64,000 bases of DNA from Caecitellus pseudoparvulus (taxonomy: Eukaryota > Protista > Bigyra: Bicosoecida), in NCBI GenBank assembly GCA_965644315.1, contig CBFFRQ010000094.1:124001-188000 (forward strand), read 5' to 3'. The position numbers and the translations under genes are program-made. Below are positions 31,796 to 42,950 of this stretch, piece by piece. The first letter of the stretch is position 1. Each line of letters starts with the position of its first letter. The notes under the pieces are model-generated. The model ran no database searches. It had not been told where the DNA came from and worked only from the letters and a program-made list of their open reading frames with translations.

Positions 31796-32185
31796 AGCAG
31801 GGGGGAATTGTGCGAAGGCCCTCTTGTCATGGGAAGACAGGATAGGTATGCAAGGTAGGTTTCATAGGCCCGGTGTTTCTCTGCTACGTCTGATTGACCT
31901 GCGTGTTTTCCAGGTCTTGTGAACTCGCAAAGCTTTTGCACGAAATATGGCAGCTGCTCCTCTGCATTTACGAAGAGGGAAACTTCCTCGAGGTTTCAGC
32001 CAATTCTTTTCTGCCGTTCGCCTGCACAGACGCAGAGGCAGGACTTGCACGGCTTGGCGTGGTGGACGGTGCGGAATCTCAGTGCGGAGGTTGGGTCAAT
32101 TCTAAACCATCCACAAACCCCCACCACACTGGCAGTGCACTCAAATGCGCTGCACAAGTAACCCCACAAGCTACACGTGGACGCC

Positions 32186-34434
32186 ATGCGTTCCATTCTC
32201 TCCGCCATCCTCGCCGGCGCCGCCGCCTGTGTCGCGGCAGGCGCTGCTGCATCTGCGCGAACCTGCGCTGGCCAAGGCTCGGCGTGGTGCACCGACGCCG
32301 CACCTGTGGCAGGCGCTGCACGGAGCACCACGCGCATTCCCCTGGCCTTTGCCGTGAAGCATGATATTGCCAGTATTGAAGATGCCTGTGCCGCAGTGAG
32401 CGACCCCGTGGGCTCCGCCTACGGGCAGTACCTGTCGGTGGAAGACCTGACTGCGCTGGGCGGCGCCGCAGAATCCGAAAGTGAGACACGCGCTGGCGCA
32501 GAGCCGGAGCAGGGCGCGCACGGGCACGATACCGCCACCCATGCACAGGCAAAGTGTTGGATTTCCTCACCGGGGCCGGGGCGTCCAACGTGCGCCGCGT
32601 TGCAACGCAGGACTGGGTGTTTGCCGACTTGACCCTGGAGCAAGCTGAAACGGCCTTCGCCACACGCCTGCACCGTTGGACACACACCGAGACGGGGCAG
32701 GAAGTCATGCGAACGCTGTCCCAGGATGCCCCTGCACTCCCGTCAGCCCTGCAAGGTGCTGTGCACTCCGTGTTCGGACTGCACAACCTGCCTGTGCGCG
32801 TGAAGCGCAAGGTGCCCACGGCGACTTCCCTGCCCGCGCAACCCGCCAACGCAAGTGCTGTGCCTGTGGATGTGAGCGGAGCTGGCGTCACGCCGCCTCC
32901 CGTGGACCCCTCCATGCCTTCTGCGTCTTTGGCTATCGTGGCCCTGGGCGATGGTGTGGGGTATGTGTACTTCAGCCCGCCCAGCACACAGCAGGGCATT
33001 CACGCGGTGTGGCTGCGAGTGTCCACTGACGGCGGCCCCCCTGCCTACCACACCTTCCCCCTCTCCAGCGTCGGCGTGGCTGCCAGCTTCTTCGTGCTGA
33101 TGGTGACGGGGCTGCCTGCCTTCCACCGCTACGACGTGGCCGTTTCGTACTCCGTCTCCACCAGCACCAGCACCAGCACGGCCCCTGCCGACCACATCGC
33201 GCCGTGGGGCTCGCTGGCCCTTACGCCAGAAGGCAAAGAGGCCATTGCTCCAGGCGTCGCCGCCACGCCAGAGGTGGACGCCAAATACCTGTACTCCTTC
33301 TACGGTATCCCCCCCGCCCCTGCTCACTCATCCGGGTGGTCACAGGCTGTGGCGGAGTTCTCGGACCAATTCTACAGCTCTACAGACCTGTCCGCCTTCT
33401 GGGGCCAGCAAGGCATTGACTTCACCGGCACTGTGTCAGTGGAGGGCCCCAACACCCCCTCCCAGCCGGGGCTGGAGAGCAGCATGGACATCCAGTGGCT
33501 GACCGCCGTCAGTCCCAACGTGGACACCGTGTTCTGGTCCGTGCCAGTGCAGCAGAAAGGCCTCTCCGGTTCCTTCGTCCTGGAGTGGGCCGTGGAGATG
33601 AACAACGCCACCAGGCCCCCTGCCGTCACCTCAATCTCCTACGGCCTGCCAGAGGACGAGCTGGCACTGGCAGGGCTGGGCGCGCAGTACATCCAGCGCT
33701 TCAACGCAGAGGCCGCCAAGCTGTGCGCACGGGGCCTCACAGTGGTGGTAGCCACTCAGGACGCAGGCGCTACGGACAAGGGCCACGGCGCGAACAACTG
33801 CGAGTTGAACCCCGTCTTCCCCGCCACATCCCCCTACGTCACGGCAGTGGGCTCAACCCTCGCCTCCGCCCACGCCCCCCGCCGGTCCCTGGACAAAGTG
33901 AACTCCGGTGAGGCGCTGGTGTCCCTGCCTGACGGCTGCTTCTGGACGGCTGGAGGTGGCATTTCCGCTTCCACAGACCAGCCACGCCCCGCATGGCAGG
34001 ATGCCGCCGTCGCTTCGTACCTGTCCTCTGGCGCGGGGATGCCCCCTGCCAGCACCTGGAACAAGGGTCTGCGCGCCTACCCTGACATCTCTGCGCTGGG
34101 ACGCAACTACCCGGTCATGCTGGGCGGCAGCGAGGTCATGTTCGGCGACGGCACGTCCGTGTCCACCCCCGTCATCTCCGGCATGATGGCGCGCCTGAAC
34201 TCTGCGCGGCAGGCGGCAGGCAAGCCCCTCATCGGCTTTGTCAACCCCCTCCTGTACAAGCTGGCGGCGGAGAGTCCCAGTGTCTTCTACGACGTCGTGG
34301 TGGGGGAGAATTCCTGCGGCACCTTCACCTGCTGCCCACACGGCTGGAGCACCGCCAAGGGGTACGACTTCGCATCGGGCATCGGCACAGTGGCCGACGT
34401 GGAGGCGTTCGTCCAAGCAGGCGTCGCGCTGTGA
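32186..34434 (+). CDS. secreted sedolisin / tripeptidyl-peptidase I-like protease (S53), 2 exons
   Basis: Signal peptide MRSILSAILAGAAAC; prodomain VSDPVGSAYGQYLS; intron 32481-32548; Glu/Asp ESSMDIQW; oxyanion Asp in ATQDAG; FPATSPYVTAVG, RAYPDISA; catalytic Ser in GTSVSTP; Ca-site-like GYDFASGIGT. Confidence 0.95.
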
Positions 34435-34613
34435 GTGGGCTGTGCTGGCACCGTCCGTGGCAATGCAGGCTTCTGACCTTTCGGGTGGCGGACTCACGTG
34501 TGGTTGCGGCCGGCATGGAGGCACGAGTCACGTACTGAAGCACGCCAGCTTTGTCAAGTCCGCTGCAGAACAGGTGCTGAGCTGACAAAAGAATGCATTC
34601 TTTGGCCACCGGC

Positions 34614-36877
34614 TCACTCGGATGACGAGTCATAGTCAGCAGCCACGTCCCGCAGTGCCTCGGCACTCGGCCCGCGCAGAAGCAGCGACTTGGCCTTCAG
34701 CACCAACGCACACCGTGGGCCAAGTTCCTTCTCCACGCGCTTCAGCTCGACCAGCTCCGTGTATCGCCGGTGGTCGTGTATGTAGCCCTCGTCGTTCAGC
34801 TCGTGAAACGCCTGCTCTTCCGGGAACACGTCCCGCAGTGGGCGGCCGTCGGAGTGATACCAGTGCACCACCCACTTCATCTCCGGGACCAGCTCCATGA
34901 CACAGTACTGGGTGCCGCCTGGGTCAGCTTTGGAGAAAGAAAACTTGCTGTAGCTGCGCACTTGCCCGTGGCTGAAGGGCAGGAAGACTGCGTACTCGAT
35001 ATCGGGCCGCGTTGCTGGCGCGGGCGCAGGGGCCGCTGGCTGTCCGGCGGACTGCGCACTGCCACCTTGCCCTGCCGCTGTGCCGGCACTGGAACCAACG
35101 TCATCACTGGCAGGTGCGCTGTCCGAAGCGGAGTCGGCGCATTCATCGTCGCTCACGATTTCAGGCAGGTCCACAAGCACCGTGTCAAGCGCGAAAGTGA
35201 AGCAGCCCAGCCCTACGTCATCCGCACACATCTCATCAGGCTGCACGCCCAGGCTGGGTGCGCACTTCAATATTGCCCGCTTCTGAAGCTCACTCCGGGC
35301 CTCGAACGGCAGCACTTTGATGTCCTCCGCATTTATGACCGGTGTGTCAGCAACGCAGGCAGGTGGCGCCCCCGCCAAGCATGCCCGGGCCAGTGCATCA
35401 AAGGTGGACGGGTCTACTTTCTCACGGAACAAATCAAAGAACGCCCTGGTCGCCACGCTTGCGGGGTCTGGGGTCAGCCGGATGAAGGCCAAGCCCAGCA
35501 GGCAGCGCAGAAACGCATCCAGCATTTCGGCCGAGTCCAGCCGGAAGGGGGAGCTGATGCTGGTCGCCTCGGGGTCGAACCGGAACTTACGCATGGCCCA
35601 CTGCGTCATTTGTAGCGGACGGTGCAGGTTTGTCATGGCGAGCTCCAGGAAGTCCTGGAACACTGGCACTTCCAAGTCCCCGTGCCGAGTACCAAGTCGA
35701 CCGGGACGGGCGTTGGCGGGAAAGGGCCGCCCTACCTCCACCCGCGATGGCGGGCCATCGGGGTACTCACTGGCCCAGAGGAACACACTCCCCCGTCCAT
35801 GTTCGTCGGTGGTCATGAACACGTCGCCTTCCTCCACGACGCCGGCTTGCACCAGCTCGGCCATGAGTTCGGCCTTGCCATCCGCCTGTGCCGACTTGGC
35901 AAGATCGCAAGGACGCATGCCCAGCAGAATACCGTCGAAACGCACAGCGACGACGTAGCACGGCCCGGGAAGGGCAGCCTCGCCGAAGGTGAACAGCGAC
36001 TTCACTTTGTGGTTCACATTGATGACAGACAGCGTGCCGACGACACGGTTCGAAACACTGCTGAAACGCCCGCACACCGCCTGGCGCAGGAGATCTGGAA
36101 TGGGCACTTGCAGGCGCCACATGGCACAGGTGCCAATGATTGGTGCCCACTCTCTGGCCCAAGTGGTGGAGGCGCCAGCCCCGCACTTTAGAATCGCAGC
36201 GACCTCAGCGGCGGGGACACCGCACAGACGCATCATGGCCCCGACGAACTGCAGGGTAGTTTCCTTCACGTTCAGAGTCTTCAAGCTCTTGGGCGGTGAG
36301 TGGGTACACTTTTGGATCATTTCCACAACGTCTCCATGCAGGCCCGAGGCTGCCTCGCTGGACATGCCGAAATACCGCTGGCAGTCCTTCTCGGATGCCA
36401 GCATGGCGACAGCTTTTGTATGGGGAACTTTTGTGACCAACGAGTCCCCGCTGGGGAGGCCGTGGACCGCGGAAGGCTCCCGCCCAGAGGACGCTAGGTA
36501 ACGCTGGGCCAAAGCTTCCACTATACCTTTCACGGATGGCACATACTGCCACCTCTCAGTGGATTCTAGGGACGCCCGCGCGTGAGGCACAAAGACTTCG
36601 GTGCGCGGTGCCTTGACGGTGTCCACGGACGGCGTCACGGGCGACTCCAAAGCTCGCTTTTGCCCGCGTGCCTTGCCTGGCGTTTCGCCAGCTGCATGTA
36701 TGGCGGCAGCCTTGCGTGAAGCCTGTGCATGGGGAGTGAGCATGGTGGGCCCAGGGGAGCATACAAGGCAAGTATCTCTTGCCCCCTTTATGTTCTTCCC
36801 CGGCAGACCAAGGGCCGGGCCTGCAGGGCATGCACTTCACTCACTGCCGTTTCAGCCTGAGCCAGCATGCTGTCCAT
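34614..36877 (-). CDS. Harbinger/ISL2EU (DDE_Tnp_4)-like transposase-derived protein, catalytically degenerate, with an extra C-terminal domain
   Basis: 709-aa ORF (34614-36743) plus a probable short upstream exon (ATG 36877, MDSMLAQAETAVSEVHALQ; acceptor CTCAC...CATGCACAG). HTH-like QRYFGMS...GVPAAEVAAILKCGAGASTTWAREW, then RVVGTLSVINV, YVVAVRFDGILLG, VEEGDVFMTTDEHG, LHRPLQMTQWAMRKFRF and MLDAFLRCLLGLAFI, in the order expected for DDE_Tnp_4 motifs. Confidence 0.6.
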
Positions 36878-37418
36878 GCCAGCAAGTCAGAAGGAGGAGG
36901 CGTCCAGGCCCAGGCAGACGAGTGTGCAGAAGAGTATGAGACCAAGAGTATGTAGGTTTTCTGTTTTGTGGATGGTCTTGGTGACGGTTCCAGCTCGTGC
37001 GTGGGAATGGGCCACCTACGGAAGTGGTGCAGCCCATTCAAACAGCTTCGCGCAACAGGCATGCCACCCTGCCTGCCAAACCAGACAGGACTTGGAAAGG
37101 CACTCCGCAGTTTCCTGTTCGTAAATCATATCCTGCTGAGGATTGCTGTATACGGCACCTTCCCGCCTTCGCGGCAGTGTTGAGCCGTTCCACGCATGCT
37201 TTGGTGCGATAGTGGCAATTTCCGCGCCGCCCAGCTTGACACGCCAACAGCAAAGCCTGCGGTTTGCCAATCTCTAGATGATCGCAAGAACCACGGCGCC
37301 TTCGTGACCATCCCACAGCGGTAATATCCGGCCTGTACCTTCACGTCAGGGCCCACAAACCCTGCCCCTGTGCGTTGCTTGGCCACTTTCTCAGTCGATT
37401 CCGTGGTCGCTGCGTGCT

Positions 37419-37428
37419 GCGGAAATTG
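37419..37428. promoter_or_regulatory. GCGGAAATTG motif 7 nt upstream of the ankyrin-gene ATG; inverted copy at 37216-37225
   Basis: Two exact, oppositely oriented copies in a divergent intergenic region. Confidence 0.55.
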
Positions 37429-37435
37429 TCTCGCC

Positions 37436-38512
37436 ATGAATGCGGCAGCCAGGCGCGCGGCGTTCGTGGAGCGGGCAGAGAAGGGCGACCTGGCCGGACT
37501 GAAGGACATGTTTGGCAGGGTGGACATCAACGGCCAGCTGGACTCGGGCGACGTGGACTACAACCACATGCACTTGGTGGGCCAAACTGCCCTGCATCGT
37601 GCCAGCCACGCCAACCAAGTCGCCGCCCTGCGCTGGCTGCTGGCCAAGGGCGCCGCCGTGGACATTCTGGACGAAGGAGGGCGCTCTGCACTCTGCCTCG
37701 CCGCAGCCAAGGGCCACAAAGCGTGCGTTACCGCCCTGCTCCAGGCTGGCGCCCACCCCAATGGAGCTCCGCCCAGTCGCGCTGCGACCTCCGTTTGCCG
37801 CCCCCTCACGCAAGCCATTGCCGGGGGACACACACGCCTGGCACAGGCTCTGCTGCAAGCAGGCGCACAGAGCACCGTGGACCGCTGCCAAGCACTGCTC
37901 GTCTCCCTCACACGCCCCTCCTTGCTGCGAAGCATGCTGGAAGCGGAAGGGCCAGGCTACGCCTCTCTCACAGCGTTGCAGGGAACGGAGCAGCTGCAGA
38001 ATACGGTGCGGCGTGGGAACGGCACCCAGCGCCACTACATGCGTTTCATCAGGGGCCAGCTGACGCTGCTGGCGTACCGTCACAGCGCAGTGCTGCCACA
38101 CAGCTGTCGCCTGGGCCTGCGTGTGCCGTCTGCTGCGTTTCGCGAGTCACCCGGGCGCATCGGGAACGCCTCACACCTGTCCACGTACATGCTGCCCACC
38201 GCTGACACAAGCCACCCCACGCACACCATGCCGCTGCTGCTCACGAACAGCGGAATTCGCTCCCTGGCCAGGGAGGGCCTGCTGCCGTGTGTTCCGAGTG
38301 GAAAACAGCCGTCCACCGGCGAGCCGGTCATGCCGCGCCCCCTGCACCTGCCTGTGCTGGCTGTTGCCATGGCTGTTGACGAGGCGGCGAGGCGCATCGG
38401 CCACCCTGGCGCGGTGCATGACCAGGTGAGGCGAGCTGCCGCTCTGGGGCGGTACATGGCACGGCAGCCGCTCCTGATGCTGAGGCAGGAGCAGTGGAAA
38501 GTTGCGGGTTAG
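37436..38512 (+). CDS. ankyrin-repeat protein
   Basis: GQTALHRASHANQVAALRWLLAKGAAVD, GRSALCLAAAKGHKACVTALLQAGAHPN, RPLTQAIAGGHTRLAQALLQAGA. ATG at 37436. Confidence 0.9.
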   Translation: MNAAARRAAFVERAEKGDLAGLKDMFGRVDINGQLDSGDVDYNHMHLVGQTALHRASHANQVAALRWLLAKGAAVDILDEGGRSALCLAAAKGHKACVTALLQAGAHPNGAPPSRAATSVCRPLTQAIAGGHTRLAQALLQAGAQSTVDRCQALLVSLTRPSLLRSMLEAEGPGYASLTALQGTEQLQNTVRRGNGTQRHYMRFIRGQLTLLAYRHSAVLPHSCRLGLRVPSAAFRESPGRIGNASHLSTYMLPTADTSHPTHTMPLLLTNSGIRSLAREGLLPCVPSGKQPSTGEPVMPRPLHLPVLAVAMAVDEAARRIGHPGAVHDQVRRAAALGRYMARQPLLMLRQEQWKVAG

Positions 38513-38727
38513 CCTGGCCTGAGGCGAGCGTGGGCCGGTCCACAATGCACTCCCCGCGGCAAATTACACCCTCGCCCTCTGAGCAGCGGCGTTGCGACCT
38601 GGGGTCTTTATCGGCCCTTGGGTGTGTCGCGTCATCCACAAGCACGGGCGCGCTGCCTGGTGAGGGAGGTGGCTGCTCTGCCGAGCTGTGAAGCCAGGCG
38701 AGTGGCGACGCAATACGACGGCAGGTC

Positions 38728-39451
38728 ATGGCTGGCATTGCCTGGATCCCTGGTTGTGTCGGGGTGGCCATGCTGGGAAAGCAGTACTTGAAAGCCTATG
38801 TCAGAGTGTACAACGAAGTGAGGCACTCGCTGGAGCAGCAAGGTGCGTTTGTGCAGAGTGGCTTCGGCGACCGAAACGTGGGGGAAACGCCACGCGCCCA
38901 GCACCGCCTTGACACTGCTTCTGGCCACTGCGCTGCGTGCAGGGTATGTCTTCGGCGAGACAGGTGCCCAAATCGGCGTCGGCTGGGGAGCAGGCCTCGC
39001 GGCTTTGACTGTGTCGCACACTGCGCTGTTCAAGGGCATCCAGGCCATGATGCTCACGCCCACGCAGCGCATGCGCCAGGCCAAGAAGCTGTCCGTGCAG
39101 GTGGAGGCCCACCGCCCGCCCCCACCACGCATGACTCCGTCGCTGCTGTGGCGCATGCTGGGCCCCTCGGCTACTGCCTCCTCCTTCCGTCAGTTCGCCC
39201 GGTTGTACGGCCACCGCCTGTTTTTCCACTGGGTAGCGTTTTCACTCTCCCTCATGGCAGGGGCAGCAGCCCAGGCATACGCCGAAGGAGCTGGCATGGG
39301 CCGTCGTCTCTCGCAAGGGGAGATTTCTGAGCGCGAGCGGCAGCGCCTGGTGTATGAGGCTGACCTGGCGTTGCGGGAGTTTCAAGCGCGTTCCACTGCA
39401 AGCGTTGCAGGGACAGTGCCCCCACCCGCCACACCCTCTGCAACGAGGTAG
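38728..39451 (+). CDS. uncharacterised small membrane protein (2 exons)
   Basis: Removing intron 38843-38942 (GTGCG...TGCAG) joins MAGIAWIPGCVGVAMLGKQYLKAY...EQQG to YVFGETGAQIGVGWGAGLAALTV...LFFHWVAFSLSLMAGAAAQ. Two to three hydrophobic helices. Confidence 0.6.
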
Positions 39452-39854
39452 AACGCCTGATGAAGGAAAATTTCCATGCAGTGCAAGGCTTCGCACCTTC
39501 AGCTGTTGGTCCTGGGCCGCCGGCTGCGGGTTCGTTCACTTGGCAGTGACTCGCGTGGCTGGCCAGGGCGGCGCACGGCTCAGCCCACGCCTGACGGCAA
39601 GCGCTGCCCAGGACTGCGCTGCGAAGGCCTGCCAGCCCTCTGCATTTCAACCTGCCGCTGGAGGAACCTGCCTGCGCGTTTCCTGCACGCTGTGCTGATG
39701 CGCCCCAGCCCCGAAACGATCGCACCATGGAAGGGCCCCGGCCGAGCTCAATTCAAATAGCTCCTGCACAATCACGTGTATGGCCCTTCATGACGACGCA
39801 CCGCCTCTGTCACGTGCCCTCTCTGCTCCGGGCAGCAGCCATCACTCCGGCATC

Positions 39855-41423
39855 ATGATGCGGCTTGGCAGCCGGGCGCTGGCCAGCACCCCAGCTACCG
39901 CCCACCCAGCTCGCCTCCTCAGCCTGGTCTCGGCTGCACTGGAACCAACAACTGGCGCCTGCACCGTCACATTCGACGATGCCTCCACTGCGACGTTCAG
40001 CAACACATGGATGCGGTGAGCGGCCTGCGTGTGTGGTGCTGAAACGCGGGTGAAACGCCCTGCCCTCGGTGGTGTTTTCCCCAGAGACAACTGCTGGTGG
40101 GAGCCGGGAACGTACCAGCGCGCTCGAGACACCAACATGTTGTTGAAGGACTTGGCGTGTGTTCCCAGCGGGGTGAGCGTCGGAGACGGCTGCCTCCGAG
40201 TAACCTGGCCAGCCACTGCCTTGCCGGGCGACGGCGAGCGGCAGGTCGGGCCTCCGAAGGGGCCTGCGCACACCCAGACGGCCGTCGGAGCCTGGGTGGA
40301 GCAGGGGCATGATACGGAGTGCGGTGTGTTCTCTGCAGGCTTCCTTAAGACGTCCACTTCCCTTGCCCAGAAGGTGGCGGCCACAGCCAACGTTGGCGCA
40401 GCGGACTGTGCACCTGAGCCCGCATCGCCCCACCAGCGGGTATGGCACGCGTGTGACTTTGCTGCCAGCGCAGTGGCACAGGAGCCTGTGTTGCCAGACT
40501 TCCCTGCGGCACAGCACGCCAGGTGGGAGGCAGTTCCCAGCGGCAGTGGGGAGGGTGTGACGGGCATTTTCGGCAGCTCGCCGGAGCAGGTCGCGTGCGC
40601 CGATGACACCGCCCTGCCCAGCGTCCCCGTGGCCGCCATGGGCAGCGCAGGGGGCCTGGCGGAGGCGCTGGCATGCATTCACCGGTACGGCTTTGTGGCG
40701 GTGACGGGCGTGGCGCGGGAGGGGACGGAGGAACTGGTGCGGCGCATTTCCTTTCCCCGTCCGACACTGTACAGCCACAGCGGCATGTGGCGCACAGAGG
40801 TGCGCCCAGACGGCAACGACACGGCGTACCAGAGCATTCCCCTGCCTGCCCACACTGACGGGACGTATTTCCAAGACCCCCCTGGGCTGCAGGTGTTCCA
40901 TGCTGTGGCCACGGCGCCATCTGGCGGGGCCAGCATGCTGGTGGACGGTTTCGCGGTGGCACGCACACTGCAGGCCCAGGACCAAGCGGCATTCCGATTC
41001 TTCGCGCACACAGACTTGCCGTTCCGTTTCCTTGACGACGAACACTTCCTGCTCGCCTGGCAGCGCGTGTTCCGCCTGGACAGCCACGGGCGCCTGCTGC
41101 GTTTCGCATACAACAACGACGACCGAGCCCCCTTCGGCGGGGCCACGGCAGGGATGGACGACCCTGGGCAGTCCTTCTACCGACACCTGCCGTCTCTACT
41201 GGCAGCCATCCGCAGTGCCCAGGCAGAGCTGTGGTTCCAGCTCACACCCGGCCTGGCACTCATCTTCGACAACCAGCGTGTTCTGCACGCACGGTCAGGC
41301 TTCAGCGTCGCCCCAGGGCAGGGGCGCGTGCTGGAGGGCGCCTATGTGAACGAAGAGGACTGGAAGAGCAAGTTGCGCGTGCTGGGCGCCGGGGCAGGCT
41401 GGTCGGGGGCTGCATTCGTGTGA
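39855..41423 (+). CDS. TMLHE: trimethyllysine dioxygenase / gamma-butyrobetaine hydroxylase family Fe(II)/2-oxoglutarate dioxygenase, probably mitochondrial
   Basis: Transit-like N-terminus; intron 40016-40084 restores WMRDNC; DTAYQSIPLPAHTDGTYFQDPPGLQVFH, LVDGF, YNNDDRAP, FDNQRVLHARSGF (HxD...H triad). Confidence 0.88.
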
Positions 41424-41424
41424 T

Positions 41425-42273
41425 TCAAATGTGGCGTGCCGCCCACACAGCGCCGCGGCAGCCCGCCTTAATCACCGCAGACAGGGCCTGGTAGAAGGGC
41501 GCCTGCTCCGCGTCGTGTTCCAATCCAGTGTCCAGGTGTTCCAACTCCTCGTCCCTGTTCTGCTTGAGGATGGCCAGCAGCTCCTCCTCATCGTACCCCC
41601 GGCTGAGCAGTTCCCGGATCTGGTCGTTGTAGTGCTCGCCGATGACTGTCTCCACCGCCACAGTGCACGCCATGGCCGCTTCCTTGCCCAGCAAGGCAGT
41701 GCCTGCGCCCAGCGCATACCCTGCCACATGCCACAGTGGCAGCAGGGCCGACGGCCGGGAGCGCCGGTTCACCACCAAGTCCCCCATCTTGGCCAAGTGC
41801 TCTTCCTCCTGGGCCTTCATGTGCTGTGACGTCAGGACGGGCCCACAGCGGTGGCCAGGGCTCAGGCGACACCGCCAGCTTCTGCACACTCACCTGAATA
41901 AGTGGGTACTCTTTTGTCCCCTGCAGTGCTGCGAGCTGCGGGGGGGTGGGAGGCGGGCAGCTGTGCACCTGCTTTGCCCGTCGTTTCGCCTGCGTTTCCT
42001 CACCTGCCCCCGGTAGATCTGCACAGCGCCATACTCCCCTGCGTGGTCGATGCGCACGATCTCGTCCACGAGTGCCTTGCGTTCCTTGTCATCACTGAAC
42101 AAGGGCGAGGACAGCTGCCGAAGCCGCGCCCGGCGCTCTGCAGAGGCTGCTCCAAACGCGTATTGCCCGGACGCCGCTGGCGCTGATGTGCTGGTGGCTG
42201 CGGAAGACGCCGCCCGCGCCAGGGGGCGCCCAGCGCAGTGCCTTGCCGTCCGAGCAGCGCAAGCCAAGGCCAT
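41425..42273 (-). CDS. COQ7: 5-demethoxyubiquinone hydroxylase (di-iron), 3 exons
   Basis: IVRIDHAGEYGAVQIYRGQ | LAALQGTKEYPLIQ | HMKAQEEEHL...RPSALLPLWHVAGYALGAGTALLGKEAAMACTVAVETVIGEHYNDQ...RDEELEHLDTGL. Confidence 0.97.
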
Positions 42274-42950
42274 GGTGCAAGATGCACTTCTGCTTCCGAT
42301 GATGCTGGGCTGGATGCCAGCGTGAATGAGTGAACTGATGTAGGTGTGTTTTGTCTGCGAGGCTTTCTCGCAGGTGCCTCATGTGGAGACCAGGCCACCT
42401 GCCCTGCCTTCCTCCCCGACCACAACTAGGGTCACAGTAGTACCTGCAAGCCTCGCCAGCTGCACGGGGCCCCGCGCGCACTCACTGACAGTGTTTATCC
42501 TCACCGCAGTCCAGCCACACCTCGCAACCTGCTGGCTGGCAGCGTTTCCTTCCAGCGCTGCAACTTACTCACCTTCGCCGCCCCCACCGCGCAGAACTGC
42601 CCCGGTGAGCACAGTCCAACTCCTCAACACTTTCAAAATCGCTCTCTTGCATTCAACCCTGGGCATCCTCGCATATGCCCCACGCCCGCACCAGGTTGGC
42701 GCGCCGGCCTGGCGTGTTGGTGCAGGCGGCAGCACCTGTGCCAACCTCCACGGCACAGCCCTCGCAGGCGCTGCCTGGCTCCCACCAGCGGCCAAAGGCA
42801 GCAGGCACGTCACCACCGCTTCAAGTGCAAGTTCCCAGTTGTGCTTTATCTGAGCACCGGCCCTCCACTTGGTCGGGGCAGTGCACTCTTGTGGCAGAGC
42901 CAGTGAGCAAGTTCCGCGGCTCGCATCCTTAGCCAAAACCCGGTTGCAGA

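Noticed and set aside
34440-37400. Active Harbinger/ISL2EU transposon
   Set aside because: No TIRs or TSD seen, no Myb/SANT or YqaJ partner ORF, and the catalytic acidic residues appear lost.
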